From: Setoptus koraiensis
Taxonomy: Eukaryota > Animalia > Arthropoda
Length of the DNA: 64,000 bases
Direction: 5' to 3'
Assembly: GCA_048013815.1 (NCBI GenBank)
Contig: CM106585.1
Location: 10,726,001 to 10,790,000 of the forward strand
The position numbers and the translations under genes were made by a program. The notes under the pieces were generated by a model. The model was not told the origin of the DNA, ran no database searches, and was given only the letters and a program-made list of their open reading frames with translations. Positions 1-10,851 of the stretch are shown here, in pieces; within the stretch, counting starts at the first letter, position 1; every line of letters begins with the position of its first letter.

Positions 1-200
1 CTGGGGTGCGCGGCGGGCCGGCGATGCAAAGGTCGACCCAATTTCAATTCGGGGGCCGCCGTGAGCTCGTTAGGGGCCGCTAGGCGCGCCGTCCCCTTCG
101 AGCGGCCGAGTAACTCGCGGCGGCGGTTTCCTGTCGACTAATTGGTTTCCCGATGCAAGTGCGCCCATCGTCGGGCAGCAACTATCCGCTGACAGCCAAA

Positions 201-300
201 CTGGCCGAGGCTCACCGAAACTGGCCGAAATTAACTGAAACTAACCGAAGCCAACCGAAACTCACCGAAACTCACCGAAACCAACCGAAACTAACCGAAA
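201..300. repeat. 10-bp minisatellite, 10 units, consensus CYMACCGAAA, intronic just upstream of a frequenin exon
   Basis: Units in register from 201: ctggccgagg ctcaccgaaa ctggccgaaa ttaactgaaa ctaaccgaag ccaaccgaaa ctcaccgaaa ctcaccgaaa ccaaccgaaa ctaaccgaaa. Confidence 0.9.
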
Positions 301-345
301 CCTTGCCCCCCTCGATTCCCGGCCAAACCCAATCGGCCACAACAG

Positions 346-2581
346 TTTCAGAGAAGGAGATCCGGAGATGGCACAAGGGATTTAGAGAGGATTGTCCGAA
401 CGGTCAATTGACGGAGCCAGGATTTTTGCGAATCTACAAGCAATTCTTTCCACAGGGCGATCCATCCAAGTTTGCGAGAGCCTGTTTTCGCGTATTCGAC
501 CAGAACCAAGTAAGTCGCTGGCCCCAAAACGGGGGCGCCTATCACTGCAGCGAGCGTCCAATATCAAATATCCACTGTGCGCTTGTTTATCCGTGTGGCG
601 GGCCCCCGCGCACTCGATCCACTGGCCCGCAGTAATCAAGCTGGCGCAAAGCTTATAAATCCGTCTGTAAACAAACGGATTGTGAGCGTGGCCTTGAATG
701 AAATCAGCATAATTGTTGGCGCTCGCCGAATCATGTAAAAGCAGCAGTCAGGTCAGCTCCATGATTGACTAGATACATACAGACAATATGTAAATTTGGA
801 AAACACTCGGACGGCATAAAAACGCAGCGCCAGATATAAAACAAGTGACGCCCGTTATGCATTTTCTAGCGGGCCTCAACTCCGCTGCGCCATCTCATTA
901 TGCAATAATACTCTAGTGTTTGCCGGTGCGTCGGTGTTGCTTGCCATCGGCAGCACGTCGTCACTTTTGGCGGCCTACTGCAACCACGGCAGAGACCACA
1001 ACGGCAACCACCTCAGCAACCGCGCCAACAACCGCGCCAACAACCGCGCCAACAACCACAACAACAACCACAACAACGCCAAAAAGTGCGCCCTCGTGTG
1101 ATAAAGTTTTGATGGATTGCGCGTTTGTTAGCGGCACCAATACGATCTGCTGGCATCCATGACTGTCGGCCGTTGTCGCTGTTGGCTCGAGTTGTCGCTG
1201 TTGTTGTTGCTGTTGTTGCTGTTGTTGCTGTTGTTGCTGTTGTTGCTGTTGTTGCTGTTGTTGCTGTTGTTGTTGCTGGCGTTGGCCGCAAATGCCGATT
1301 TGATTTATCACCGGCGATCGGCTACCAGCGCCATGCATATATCCGTCGCCGAGAACGCTCGGCCGTGCTGGCAAACAAATGCGAAGGGGCCAATTTGACT
1401 GCCACTGTCAGTGGGGCTCAAGTTTGAGATGAGACACTTATCGGCGGCGGCAGGCACGATGTTATTGTTGTTGCTGTTGCGCGTCGCTATAGTGATGATG
1501 AATATAGATGATGATTGTTGTTGGCCATTGTTGTTTGCGTGCGACAAACAACAACAATGAAGGCCCACGAGATGCAATGAGATTAGATGGGACAAGACGC
1601 CGGGCAGCAATGCGACAACACGAGATCAAATCGGATTGCATTGGCTCGCGATGTACATTGCGATGTGACATTGCGATGTGACATTGGGCAAAATAATGAA
1701 TTTATCCAGCTGAGTTTGGGGCCCATTTAAGGCTCACGTAAAAGGCTCGCACTCACTCACTCACTTTTTTGCTTTCTCTGCCTTATTCACTCTTCATACT
1801 TAGGATGGATCAATAGAGTTCGAGGAATTCATGAAGGCGCTCTCAGTGACTAGCAGGGGCAGCCTTGAGGAGAAGCTCACCTGTAAGTGGATCGGATAAT
1901 AATCAGATAAGACACGACACACGAGAGAGATAAGAATATATTTTTGAGTTGTGCTGATGCTGTTGCAAAACTTTACTTTACTTTCTCTCTACTTTTGTGC
2001 CACTTTCCACGTTCCTATTTCCACTTTCCACTGGCTCTGGTGCGTTTGGCCCATTTGGTCGTCTATCGTTTTATACTTATCGCGCTAATACCACCAGGGG
2101 CCTTTAAATTGTACGATGTGGACAATGACGGATTTATAACCAGAGACGAGATGTACGACATTGTAGGAGCCATCTACGAAATGTTGGGCAGCAACTCGGA
2201 GGGAACGGAAGTGACCAGCGATGAGGACCCCAGGAATCGCGTCGATCGCATCTTCGAGCTGCTGGACTCGGTGAGTTTTGATGCACAATTGCCGCCATTG
2301 CGGCGATTTGTTTTTTAGTTCATTTGTTCACATTTGAACATTTTGAAACATTTTCGAGGCACAAATTGGACAAAATTTGACAAAATTGGCACGCCTCAGC
2401 GAACAAGACTGACTAACTCTATCATTTGTTTGTTTTGGTTAATTTCTGTTTTGGTTGCATAACAATCGATTGGGCCCTCGTCGAGCAGAATCGTGATAAC
2501 AAATTGTCTCTGCAGGAATTCAAGGAAGGCTCCGAACAAGATCCAAAGATTGTTCAGGCTCTGTCGCTGTACGCGCCCTGA
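346..2581 (+). CDS. NCS1: Frequenin / neuronal calcium sensor 1 (EF-hand protein); exons 346-509, 1804-1882, 2098-2270, 2489-2581; first coding exon lies upstream of the window
   Basis: The spliced translation (F)[42 protein letters not shown]...[55 protein letters not shown]...[30 protein letters not shown] matches the NCS-1/Frq family. All junctions are GT-AG (gtaagt, gtaagt, gtgagt donors) with consistent phases. Confidence 0.95.
985..1280. repeat. Microsatellite cluster: (CAACCGCGCCAA)n/(CAA)n followed by (GTT/GCT)n, in a frequenin intron
   Basis: Direct inspection. These repeats give rise to the poly-Q/L/V/T ORFs at 916-1427. Confidence 0.9.
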
Positions 2582-2714
2582 AGTTTTTGCAACAATCACA
2601 AACACAAATACACACAAACGAGCACAAGCATGGCGCCTCTATAATATTATTGTAACATGTTTAAAAAGCAATGTAAGACCATTTGCCAGCGCACAGCTAC
2701 GACCAGACCACCAA

Positions 2715-2917
2715 TCCGACTGAAACAACCGACCGATGCGACCGACCGATGCGACCGACCGATACGACCGACCGATACAACCGACTGGAACAAACAACCA
2801 ACTGAAATAACCAACCGAAACAACCAACCGAAACAACCAACCGAAACAACCAACTGAAACAACCAACCGAAACAACCAACCGAAACAACCAACTGAAACA
2901 GCCAACTGAAACAACCA
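2715..2917. repeat. 13-bp-period minisatellite downstream of the frequenin stop (CGACCGACCGATR grading into CAACCAACCGAAA)
   Basis: Repeated gaccgaccgatgc/gaccgaccgatac units, then repeated aaccaaccgaaac/aaccaactgaaac units. Confidence 0.88.
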
Positions 2918-4086
2918 GTGCAAACATTAATGCGAATTTGCACAAAACAAACAATGCAACTTGCTTCGACGGAAATGTTTAAACGACAACAACGCACACA
3001 GGTCGTCATATGAATATCTGAGCATGCAAGCATCCGAATATCGAAATATCCGAATTTGTGAATATGCGAATACGGATCCATCTATTTATTGTTCTCTCGA
3101 ATCAATCAACAAACAAACAAACAGTGGCAGATTCAGGCAAATCCAGCATACAAAAACGGGCCCATTCCAGTTCATGCGACCACCATTCACTGATGCAATC
3201 AATTTTATTCGAACCATCAACTGACCTAATTAATAATTATCATTGTTTTGATGACACATTAAACACACACACACACACACGCTCTCATAAAACACACTTA
3301 TAAAACACTTATAAAACACTTATAAAACGCTCTCTTATAACACACTCTTACATAACGCACGCCAAGTTGATTCAACTTGTCTCCACTGTCGACTCTCGAC
3401 TCGAGAGTCTCGAGTGACAAGTTACTTTTTGTAGAGCATGTTGTCTATTCTTAATTCTAATATCTGATGATCATCAACTCACCTCATGTACTGTTGTCGC
3501 ATATCTCCAGAATAAACACATGTATCAACACTTATCTTATCTCATCGCTGTGGGCCTCTCCACATCTTATTCTGCTCATGGTCGTCTATGTTCATTTGGA
3601 GCTACTGCTTGCATCAAGAGCAACCGACTGGCATAACTCACAATTGTTGTCATTGCTCATGACAATAATAATAATAATAATGCAAATACTAATTGATCAC
3701 CAGCTACTGTGCTTGTTATCTTTTTAGCTCAAGATCGCCGTTAAATTGATTGATTGTAAATTGATGGCAATTGTCGATCGTGAATTGATGATAACTTAAT
3801 TCAATACAAATTCATGGCTCGCTCCGCGCTTCATTCGCAGCCTCTCGATAAGACTCACTCCAGGACAAAGGATTATGCCATTATATCCAGGTTGCACTTG
3901 ACAACCAACTTATCATATAAATCCGCAGCATCTGATGCATGCCTCGATGTTTCATTCTCTTATTTTCGTTTGCTCAGACAAATGAGCGAGCAGCCATTTT
4001 AGCATCTGCCAGCAACAACAATAATGTTCTCAGTGTTCTTAATCGGCGGATAATCACATTTAGAATCATAATACAGTTGACAAGCG

Positions 4087-6286
4087 ATGGCTCGCGAACA
4101 ACCAATGGCAAGTATTGAGAGATAATTTTTCAGATTTCACACATATGATTGCAACAAAAACGAAATTCGATCACTAATTGAAAAGTTGCTCAGTACAGAG
4201 ACCTGGCCCAAGTGGATATTCGCACACGGACACCAGCGGAGATCATGGCACAACTCTGGCCGGTTTGGCGAATCATGCCGCGGGGGGCACTTTCAGTTTG
4301 TCTTTTGGCGCACAAGGTGATAGCATCTCCATTAGGGATAATTCAATAAATGGTTGCGATGCAGACAAAGTGCCTACCATCAGCTCAAACAGTCACACGG
4401 ATAGGAAGCCCGTTATTTATGGCAGTACGCAGAACACAAAACATAAGGCACAGCAAAACAAGCCGGGTTCTGGTTTATTTTTTTGTGACAAATATCGCTA
4501 CTTCGTAAGTGCGTTACTGTTGCTCGGAATAACTCTCGTCACCTACTCCAGATCGGTGCTTTATTTGAGTGCCGTCCAAATGATTGCCGACAATGTGCTA
4601 GCCGAAGAGATGGCAAATCGCCGGATGGAAGCGGGCGGCGACGACCAAACAAACAATTTCACTCAGCATCACACGTCCGATGGATCTTGTCCCATTGTCA
4701 GACATCATGAGCCATCGAGGCCAGCCACTGAGGCCACCGATTCAAGGTCAGCAAACATTGATTTAGACAATACGATAGTTATATCGGTGGGCCCGTCCAG
4801 TAAGCGTGTCAATGATTTTTACACCATGGTTAGCACCGATGAAAACAACAATCTCGAGATGTACGAATCGAGCATTCGTGCCAACATTACGAAACGCGTG
4901 GAAAGGGGCGAACTGATCGATTGGAGCCCCAGACAGCAGGGCTTCATATTTGCCGCGAACAGCATCGGCAATTTGTTTATGGCGATACCGTTGAGTAGAT
5001 TTGGCGAAATTTATGGCGCCCACAAGGTGATAATTGCGTCGAGTTTGCTTGCTTTTTTGCAAGCATTCGCGTTTCCGTTTGTGGCCCAAATGAACGTGCC
5101 CACAGTGATTTTATTCGAGCTGTTAACCGGTGGCATCACTCACGGCATGGAAACAGTATGTTACACATTGTTTGCCAGTTGGCTAAGTCCGGCCGAATTG
5201 GCTTTTGCCACCTCCTCATTGATGGCCGCCTATCAATTGGGCAGCTCTTTGGCCAATTTGGCCACGGCCAGAATTCTTTCCATGGGCCTGCACTGGAAAT
5301 GGACCTTTTATACGCCTGGTGTGGTATTGCTGATATTTAATATATTGTGGATAATTTGTGCCGCCAATAGACCAAAAGATTGTCGTTTTGTGAGCGAAAA
5401 CGAGATAAATTTTGTAGCAGACAGCCAGCGAGATAGCCACGATAATAAGCAAGAAAATAATCAAGATCGAGCGACTAGCCAAACCAAGGCAGACCAAACA
5501 AATAAGCGAGCACCGTGGAGATTGTTGTTCACAGACGCAACAGTTTCGGCCTTGATAGTGAGCAAATTTGCCGTTAGATGGTACTTCGGTGTTGCCGGTG
5601 CACTGATGCCAACATTCTTACATAATGTCGTCCACACCGACGTCAATCTAATTGCCAGTATCATGGGCATCAACAATATTATCGGCCTTGTGTTTGGCGT
5701 CATAGTTGGATACAAATTTAAAACGTTGGTGCACACAAGACCGTTCAATTGGTCGCTAACCAGAATGCGCAAATTATTTCAATCGATGGCCCATTTCGGC
5801 ATTGGGGCATCGTTGCTGATAATGACATTATTTGATTGCAATACAAACATTATAATCGGCACGCTGGTTGCCAACACCATTTTGATTGGCTTCATTGTTG
5901 TAGGCGTGCTACAAGTGCCGCTCGATATGTCGCGCGAATATTGTAGTCTCATAACATCCATTTCAAACACATTTGCCATTGGACAGATAATCGGGCCGCC
6001 AGTGTCCGGATTGATACTCGGCATGGGCGCCCAGGATCGGCAAGCCTGGAAATATGTCTGGTGGACAGTGGTTGGCTGGCATGTGATTGGCGGAACGGCC
6101 TTCTGTTTATATGTGGACTCAACTCCTAGGAATTTTGAAAATATCAGCTGCCAATCTACTGCCGATGCCGGCCAAAAACACCAGCAACGACAATCGTACA
6201 ATGCCGAAGCAAGCGAAACTCGATTAAACGTGGACAGTGCCAATCCAATTAAACCGAACAAAAGCTTTGTTATTGAATCGCGATAA
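4087..6286 (+). CDS. MFS transporter, SLC17 (sialin/anion:cation symporter) family; predicted exons 4087-4111 and 4194-6286
   Basis: About 12 hydrophobic segments and SLC17-like motifs (YSRSVLYLSAVQM, WSPRQQGFIFAANSIG, WPWRLL-like APWRLLFTD, W..VW..V). The track ORF starts at a TTG directly after an in-frame TAA. An 82-nt intron at 4112-4193 (gtattg...cactaat branch-like...ctcag) joins ATG4087 in frame. Confidence 0.85.
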
Positions 6287-6718
6287 TCACCTACTGGCAC
6301 AAACGACAATTTTTTGAATTTTGTTTGTGTTTTTCAACCACAAAATGGCCGGCACAAAATCATTGGTCATGAGAGAAATGAAAAAAAAAACAAACAGAAT
6401 GGTGGCTCGCTCGCGGAAAATAACTAAGCAACTACCCGAGCTTTGAAACGGTTGGCTGGTTCTCTCTGTCAAGTCGATAAGAGTTTGTGTGCAATCTCTG
6501 TGACTATCCCGAGGTCACTCGAAAATACTTGTCGCATCAACCATGATTAAACTGCCTATAATATTATGTAATAGCCACACGTAAATAAACAAACCTGATT
6601 TTCAAAGCGATCCATCATTATCTGTTCGCATAATTAGTGTTGCAATGACACAAAATCAATATGTTATCGATATGATAAAATATTGGAGTTCACCCTGTTA
6701 TACAACTTGCGTGTCGTG

Positions 6719-7230
6719 TTGACCATCTTGGTTGCATCAAACTTGAAATACGCTTTCGTCCATTGACCCTTATCATCTTGGCCAACTGATGCTGGTGTCA
6801 TCAACTTGTTGACGTCGTTGCCAGCATCACTAGATTGGCCGACCGTGATGATATCGGCGAGCGATAATGATAATTTAAATAGTTTCGTGACCCTGATTCA
6901 TTCAAGTTTCCAGCTTGTCTTTGGAAATCAATGTAATGGAGGACCATTTTTCAACTGACATCTTGCTACAAAGTGAGTCTTTATTTAGTTGTTGTCAGTT
7001 TAATAGTTGCTCCTAGTGATACCAAAGAATCGGATATTCGCAACCAACAGTTCATGCAACAACAATTACGGCAAATGTTTTCGTGCATGCTTGCACTGCA
7101 ACAGTTTTCGTATCATTGCATCCACTAACAATAAGCATACATGATGGTGGCAAAAACAATCGACCACATATTGTTATCGATACCATACAATACACCGATT
7201 GGCCCCAGCGTGACAATTCATTCAGTTGCT
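6719..7230 (+). pseudogene. Decayed duplicate of the 5' region and first coding exon of the carbonic anhydrase gene (paralogous to about 9100-9620)
   Basis: Colinear similarity, for example ccctgattcattcaagtttc vs ccttgattcattcaagcttc, and VSLHPLT..NRPHIVIDTI vs VSLHSLI..NRPYIVIKTI. The ATG position reads ACG and no downstream CA exons follow. Confidence 0.7.
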
Positions 7231-7266
7231 TACCTGTTCGAAATTGCATGCATTTATAATGCATCG

Positions 7267-7963
7267 TTAACAAGTCGCGGCTCGTTGCATTGTTGCATCC
7301 GGATCAGAGGGGATCTCGGCTTGTGTTGCATCCGGATCAGAGGGGATCTCGGCTTGTGTTGCATCCGGATCAGAGGGGATCTCGGCTGGTGTTGCATCCG
7401 GATCAGAGGGGATCTCGGCTAGTTTATTTGATCGTTTGTAGTTATCGGGCCTATGTGTTTGGCCTGGTGCACACCAACCGAACCAATAGTCCCAAAATCG
7501 GCATGGAATCGGAGCGTCGCCGTTACTGCAACCTATCCAATTGCAGAGGTCCTACATTTGGAAGCGTTAGTAATGTAGTTAGTTTGGTTCGTTAATTGAA
7601 TAAGTTACTTGTAAATAAAGCGCAAAGTCAGGGATGTATCGTTTGCTACTTACTTTTTTGCTCGGATCGGGTTGTTTTTCATCATCATACGGGGATCTAT
7701 CGGGCTGATGGAATTCATCGCAACCACCATGGATTTTGCATCGGGGACTCCTCTGTTAATGAAATCGTATGCGTCGATATTGTTTGCAGTTTAAATAATA
7801 AATGAGTAACTTGTGGACTGAGCGCCACTGGAAGAATATTCACTGATCGACGCAAGCTATCAAAAACAATACTTACATGGCTAGTTAGGGCTTGCGAAGT
7901 AAACATTGCAACAACACAAAATGTTGTCATCAAAAGGATTGCAACACCTCTTCTTGAGTCCAT
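7267..7963 (-). CDS. Predicted small secreted Cys/Trp-rich protein with C-terminal acidic 11-aa repeats; exons 7963-7877, 7752-7654, 7551-7267 (156 aa, or 162 aa from ATG 7981)
   Basis: Two phase-0 GT-AG introns with gtaagt donors join three stop-free exons: MDSRRGVAILLMTTFCVVAMFTSQALTSH / RSPRCKIHGGCDEFHQPDRSPYDDEKQPDPSKK / DLCNWIGCSNGDAPIPCRFWDYWFGWCAPGQTHRPDNYKRSNKL(AEIPSDPDAT[P/Q/Q/M])x4 QRAATC*. The N-terminus is hydrophobic and signal-like. Confidence 0.75.
7291..7420. repeat. 33-bp tandem repeat x4, coding on the - strand (AEIPSDPDATQ)
   Basis: tgttgcatccggatcagaggggatctcggct(tg) starts at 7291, 7324, 7357 and 7390, with no spacers. Confidence 0.95.
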
Positions 7964-9475
7964 TGTATTGTTTTGTCGCATATGATTCTAATCAATTTGT
8001 GGTCCTAATTGTGAGGATGATAGGTAAAGATCATAGATAGATGATTGATTGCTAACATATAATCTACCATCCGGTACTTTGTATCGGTTAAGCACCAATG
8101 CTCAAGAAACTAGATCAATGATACAGTTTTCAAGTTTCTAATGATCATTTACTTTTAGCATGTTTGCCACTACTAGCTAGAGACCAAGACACACAAGTTG
8201 AAATACATCATTTTTCACACTATCCTGTTTCAGCATACAACATGTTTGTTTCTGTTCTTATTATGTTTCAGACAGCTCTTGATTTTTTAAATTGCAATCG
8301 ACGGTGAGCGTCAACTGTTTACCCACCTAGTCAATTGGCATGCCGACAACAAGAATGAATTGGTACCAAGGATGGCTCTTGAAAGAAGTCGAACACTTCT
8401 AGCCGTCTACACATAAACTCGACACGGGAAAATCCGTGAAAACAGTCTACTTTTTTGGTTTTTATGACAGAAAAGATCGGCTTTCAGTGGAAACAATATA
8501 GATAATTTTACGGTTCAGCTTTCGCTCGACAGGGACTGTGTCACCTGGCAAGTCAGCGATTTTCTCGACATTAGCTGCCGAAGGGAGACATTCAGAATTT
8601 TTGATACGAAGTCCTGGTTTTTCTGGTCCTGTAGGGAACGCTGCACGTTATTGCAAAATACTCACTTTTCGTGCAACTTCAATGTAAAACTGCATGAAAA
8701 ATGGTTAGAAGTTGCTCTATCCTCTCTAAAATTCGTATATATTATTTCGACATATCAAACTAACTTCTAGGGACAGCTAGATGACGTTTGCTCATCACAC
8801 ATATCGGTTCGGAAAGATTTCCAATAATTTTCATCTTGGTATTAGGATATCTAAAGAGTATCTGATAAGTCGTGTTCTATTGAGAATTTCGCTATCTTTG
8901 TGTTCACAGTTTTAACAAAAAACAAGTTTTATTTATTTGCTGAATAACTCTGCTTCGATCGAGCTAATAAGCTTGTAAGCTTACAAGTTTATTGTTAGAT
9001 TATTATAAATTGAATCAGCTCTGACTGATCTCAGTTTTAGGAGATTCTCCATATGCACTATTTTTTCCTATCGCAATTCTCTCACTAATTTTTCTTTGGC
9101 TGATCATAGTTGTTTGCTACTGAAAAAACGCTTCCATCCATTGACCAATACCATCTTATCTAACTGATACTACTTCGAGCGACTTGTTGACATCTATGCT
9201 AATACAACTAGATTGTTGAGATTGGCCATTCAATGATGACATCGATAACACAGATAGTTTTTTGACCTTGATTCATTCAAGCTTCGATTCACTCGGGCTT
9301 GTTTCGGGATTCCACTGAAGAGGAGTTCATTTTCCAACTGTTATCTTGCAACAAAGTGAACGACAAAATAAAGGAAATTGAAAATTTCTTTCTAGTTAAG
9401 TTGCTGTCCATTAATCCTTATAGATAGTGAAACCAAGGCATCGGATATTTGCAACAATCAGCTAGTGTAACAATT

Positions 9476-10851
9476 ATGACAAATCTTTTCATGTATCTGA
9501 CGGCCATGTCCGCCGTTTCATTGCACTCACTAATAACAAACATAAATACTGTTAGCAAACACAATAGGCCATACATTGTTATCAAGACCATAGACACCAA
9601 TTGGTCTTATAGTGACAATTTAACAGGTTAGATTAAAATATGTATTTCATATACTTTGAACGTCATTATTAGAATAAAACGTTCGTCCTTTCTGGATAAG
9701 TTACTCAAATACTCGTTTTTCACATTAACCAATCATACAGTTATCAGCCCATATTGTCGCGGGCAAAAGCAATCTCCCATCAACATCGAGACATCCAAAG
9801 TAATTGAAAATGTTAATCTTCGATTGGGATTGACAGCTTACGACAAACCAATCAGAGGTCTGATTATGAATCATTTTCCGACATTTCAGCTGAGACCGTC
9901 TGGATATAAGTGGTCACTACCAAATGCAATAATAAGCAACAGTTCTTTCAGTAGTTACAGTCTAGATGATAGTTATGTCTTACATAACGTACATTTTCAT
10001 TGGAGTCAGGACAATTACTTGACTAGTGTCAACAAGTCTGAGCATCAGATTGATGGCACATCATATCCCCTTGAGGTACATCAACAACCACTCGAAACTA
10101 GTTGACCGAAGGACGTATAACTGTATTTTTTAAGAGTTAATTCGAATTTTTGTCTATTTCTTATTTGCTAAACTAAAATTGATTGCTCATCTTTTAGATA
10201 CACATGGTTCACACCAATACAAAGTACAACTCTTTTGATGAGGCCATGTTGAAACGTGACGGAATTCTCGTAATGGCTGTAATGGTTGTTCCGAGTAAAT
10301 CAGAACTATACCTCATGGACAGAGTTATAGATCATTTGGAAAACAGTGAGTTGAAATCCGTTTCACAAACAATAGTATTAATTGACACAACATCAAGGAA
10401 TTCTAAATGACAATACCAATAATAATCTCACCAACAGTTACTATGTACGGATCACAAGTTCCTATAAATGAAGACTCAACTTGGCGAATGTTCTTACCTA
10501 TGGATACCTCGAGATTTTTTCGTTATTCTGGTTCTCTAACTATGCCACCTTGCTATGAATCAGTGCAGTGGATTATTTTTGAGGAAAAACTCAGGCTTGG
10601 CTCCAGACAAGTAGGTCGATTTTCTCTGACTTGAAGTGACCATTCTCTTCGAATGATGGCTCATGCATTCATATATGAATCTATTCTTCCCTCCTATGAT
10701 CATTATTATCCATATCTAGATGAGTAGACTACAAGGATTTAAATTTGAAAGTTTACAAACAAGAACTGGCGAAACAATAAATTGGTCACACCAAACTAGA
10801 CCAGTACAAAATGCAACTCAAATACAGGTGGAATCATCGTTTAGAATCTAA
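9476..10851 (+). CDS. Alpha carbonic anhydrase, probably secreted; exons 9476-9626, 9741-10075, 10198-10345, 10438-10610, 10720-10851 (about 312 aa)
   Basis: Motifs WSY, CRGQKQSPINI, VHFHW (two Zn-ligand His), SEH, YPLE|IHMVH (third Zn-ligand His), YSGSLTMPPCYESVQW and TRPVQ. GT-AG junctions are in phase. The exon 1-2 junction is the least certain. Confidence 0.88.

Noticed and set aside
153-345. N-terminal PKLTET-repeat extension of frequenin suggested by ORF 153..635
   Set aside because: It is a translation of the intronic 10-bp minisatellite. Family similarity starts exactly at the acceptor at 345/346, and NCS-1 proteins begin with a myristoylated MG exon that is not in this window.
765-790. 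miR-279-like seed TGACTAGAT
   Set aside because: Only the 5' nine bases match, and no complementary arm lies at hairpin distance.
916-1671. Poly-Q/L/V/T/N ORFs
   Set aside because: They are products of CAA/GTT microsatellites in a frequenin intron, open in several frames and on both strands.
7291-7420. CRISPR-like array (33-bp repeats)
   Set aside because: The repeats are directly adjacent with no spacers, there are no cas genes, the context is eukaryotic, and the array is explained as a coding repeat.
7822-7848. Resemblance to miR-263 (cactggaagaat..ttcac)
   Set aside because: The seed differs and there is no fold-back. The site lies in the intron of the secreted gene on the other strand.
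9060-9320. Selenoprotein or TGA-readthrough hypothesis: four successive in-frame stops (9121, 9142, 9217, 9316) are all TGA, and one is shared with copy A (6764)
   Set aside because: There is no ATG for the frame, no redox CxxU context and no recognisable SECIS. Frameshifts relative to copy A and a TAA after the splice are also present. Neighbouring genes use TGA as a normal stop. Decay is the simpler explanation.
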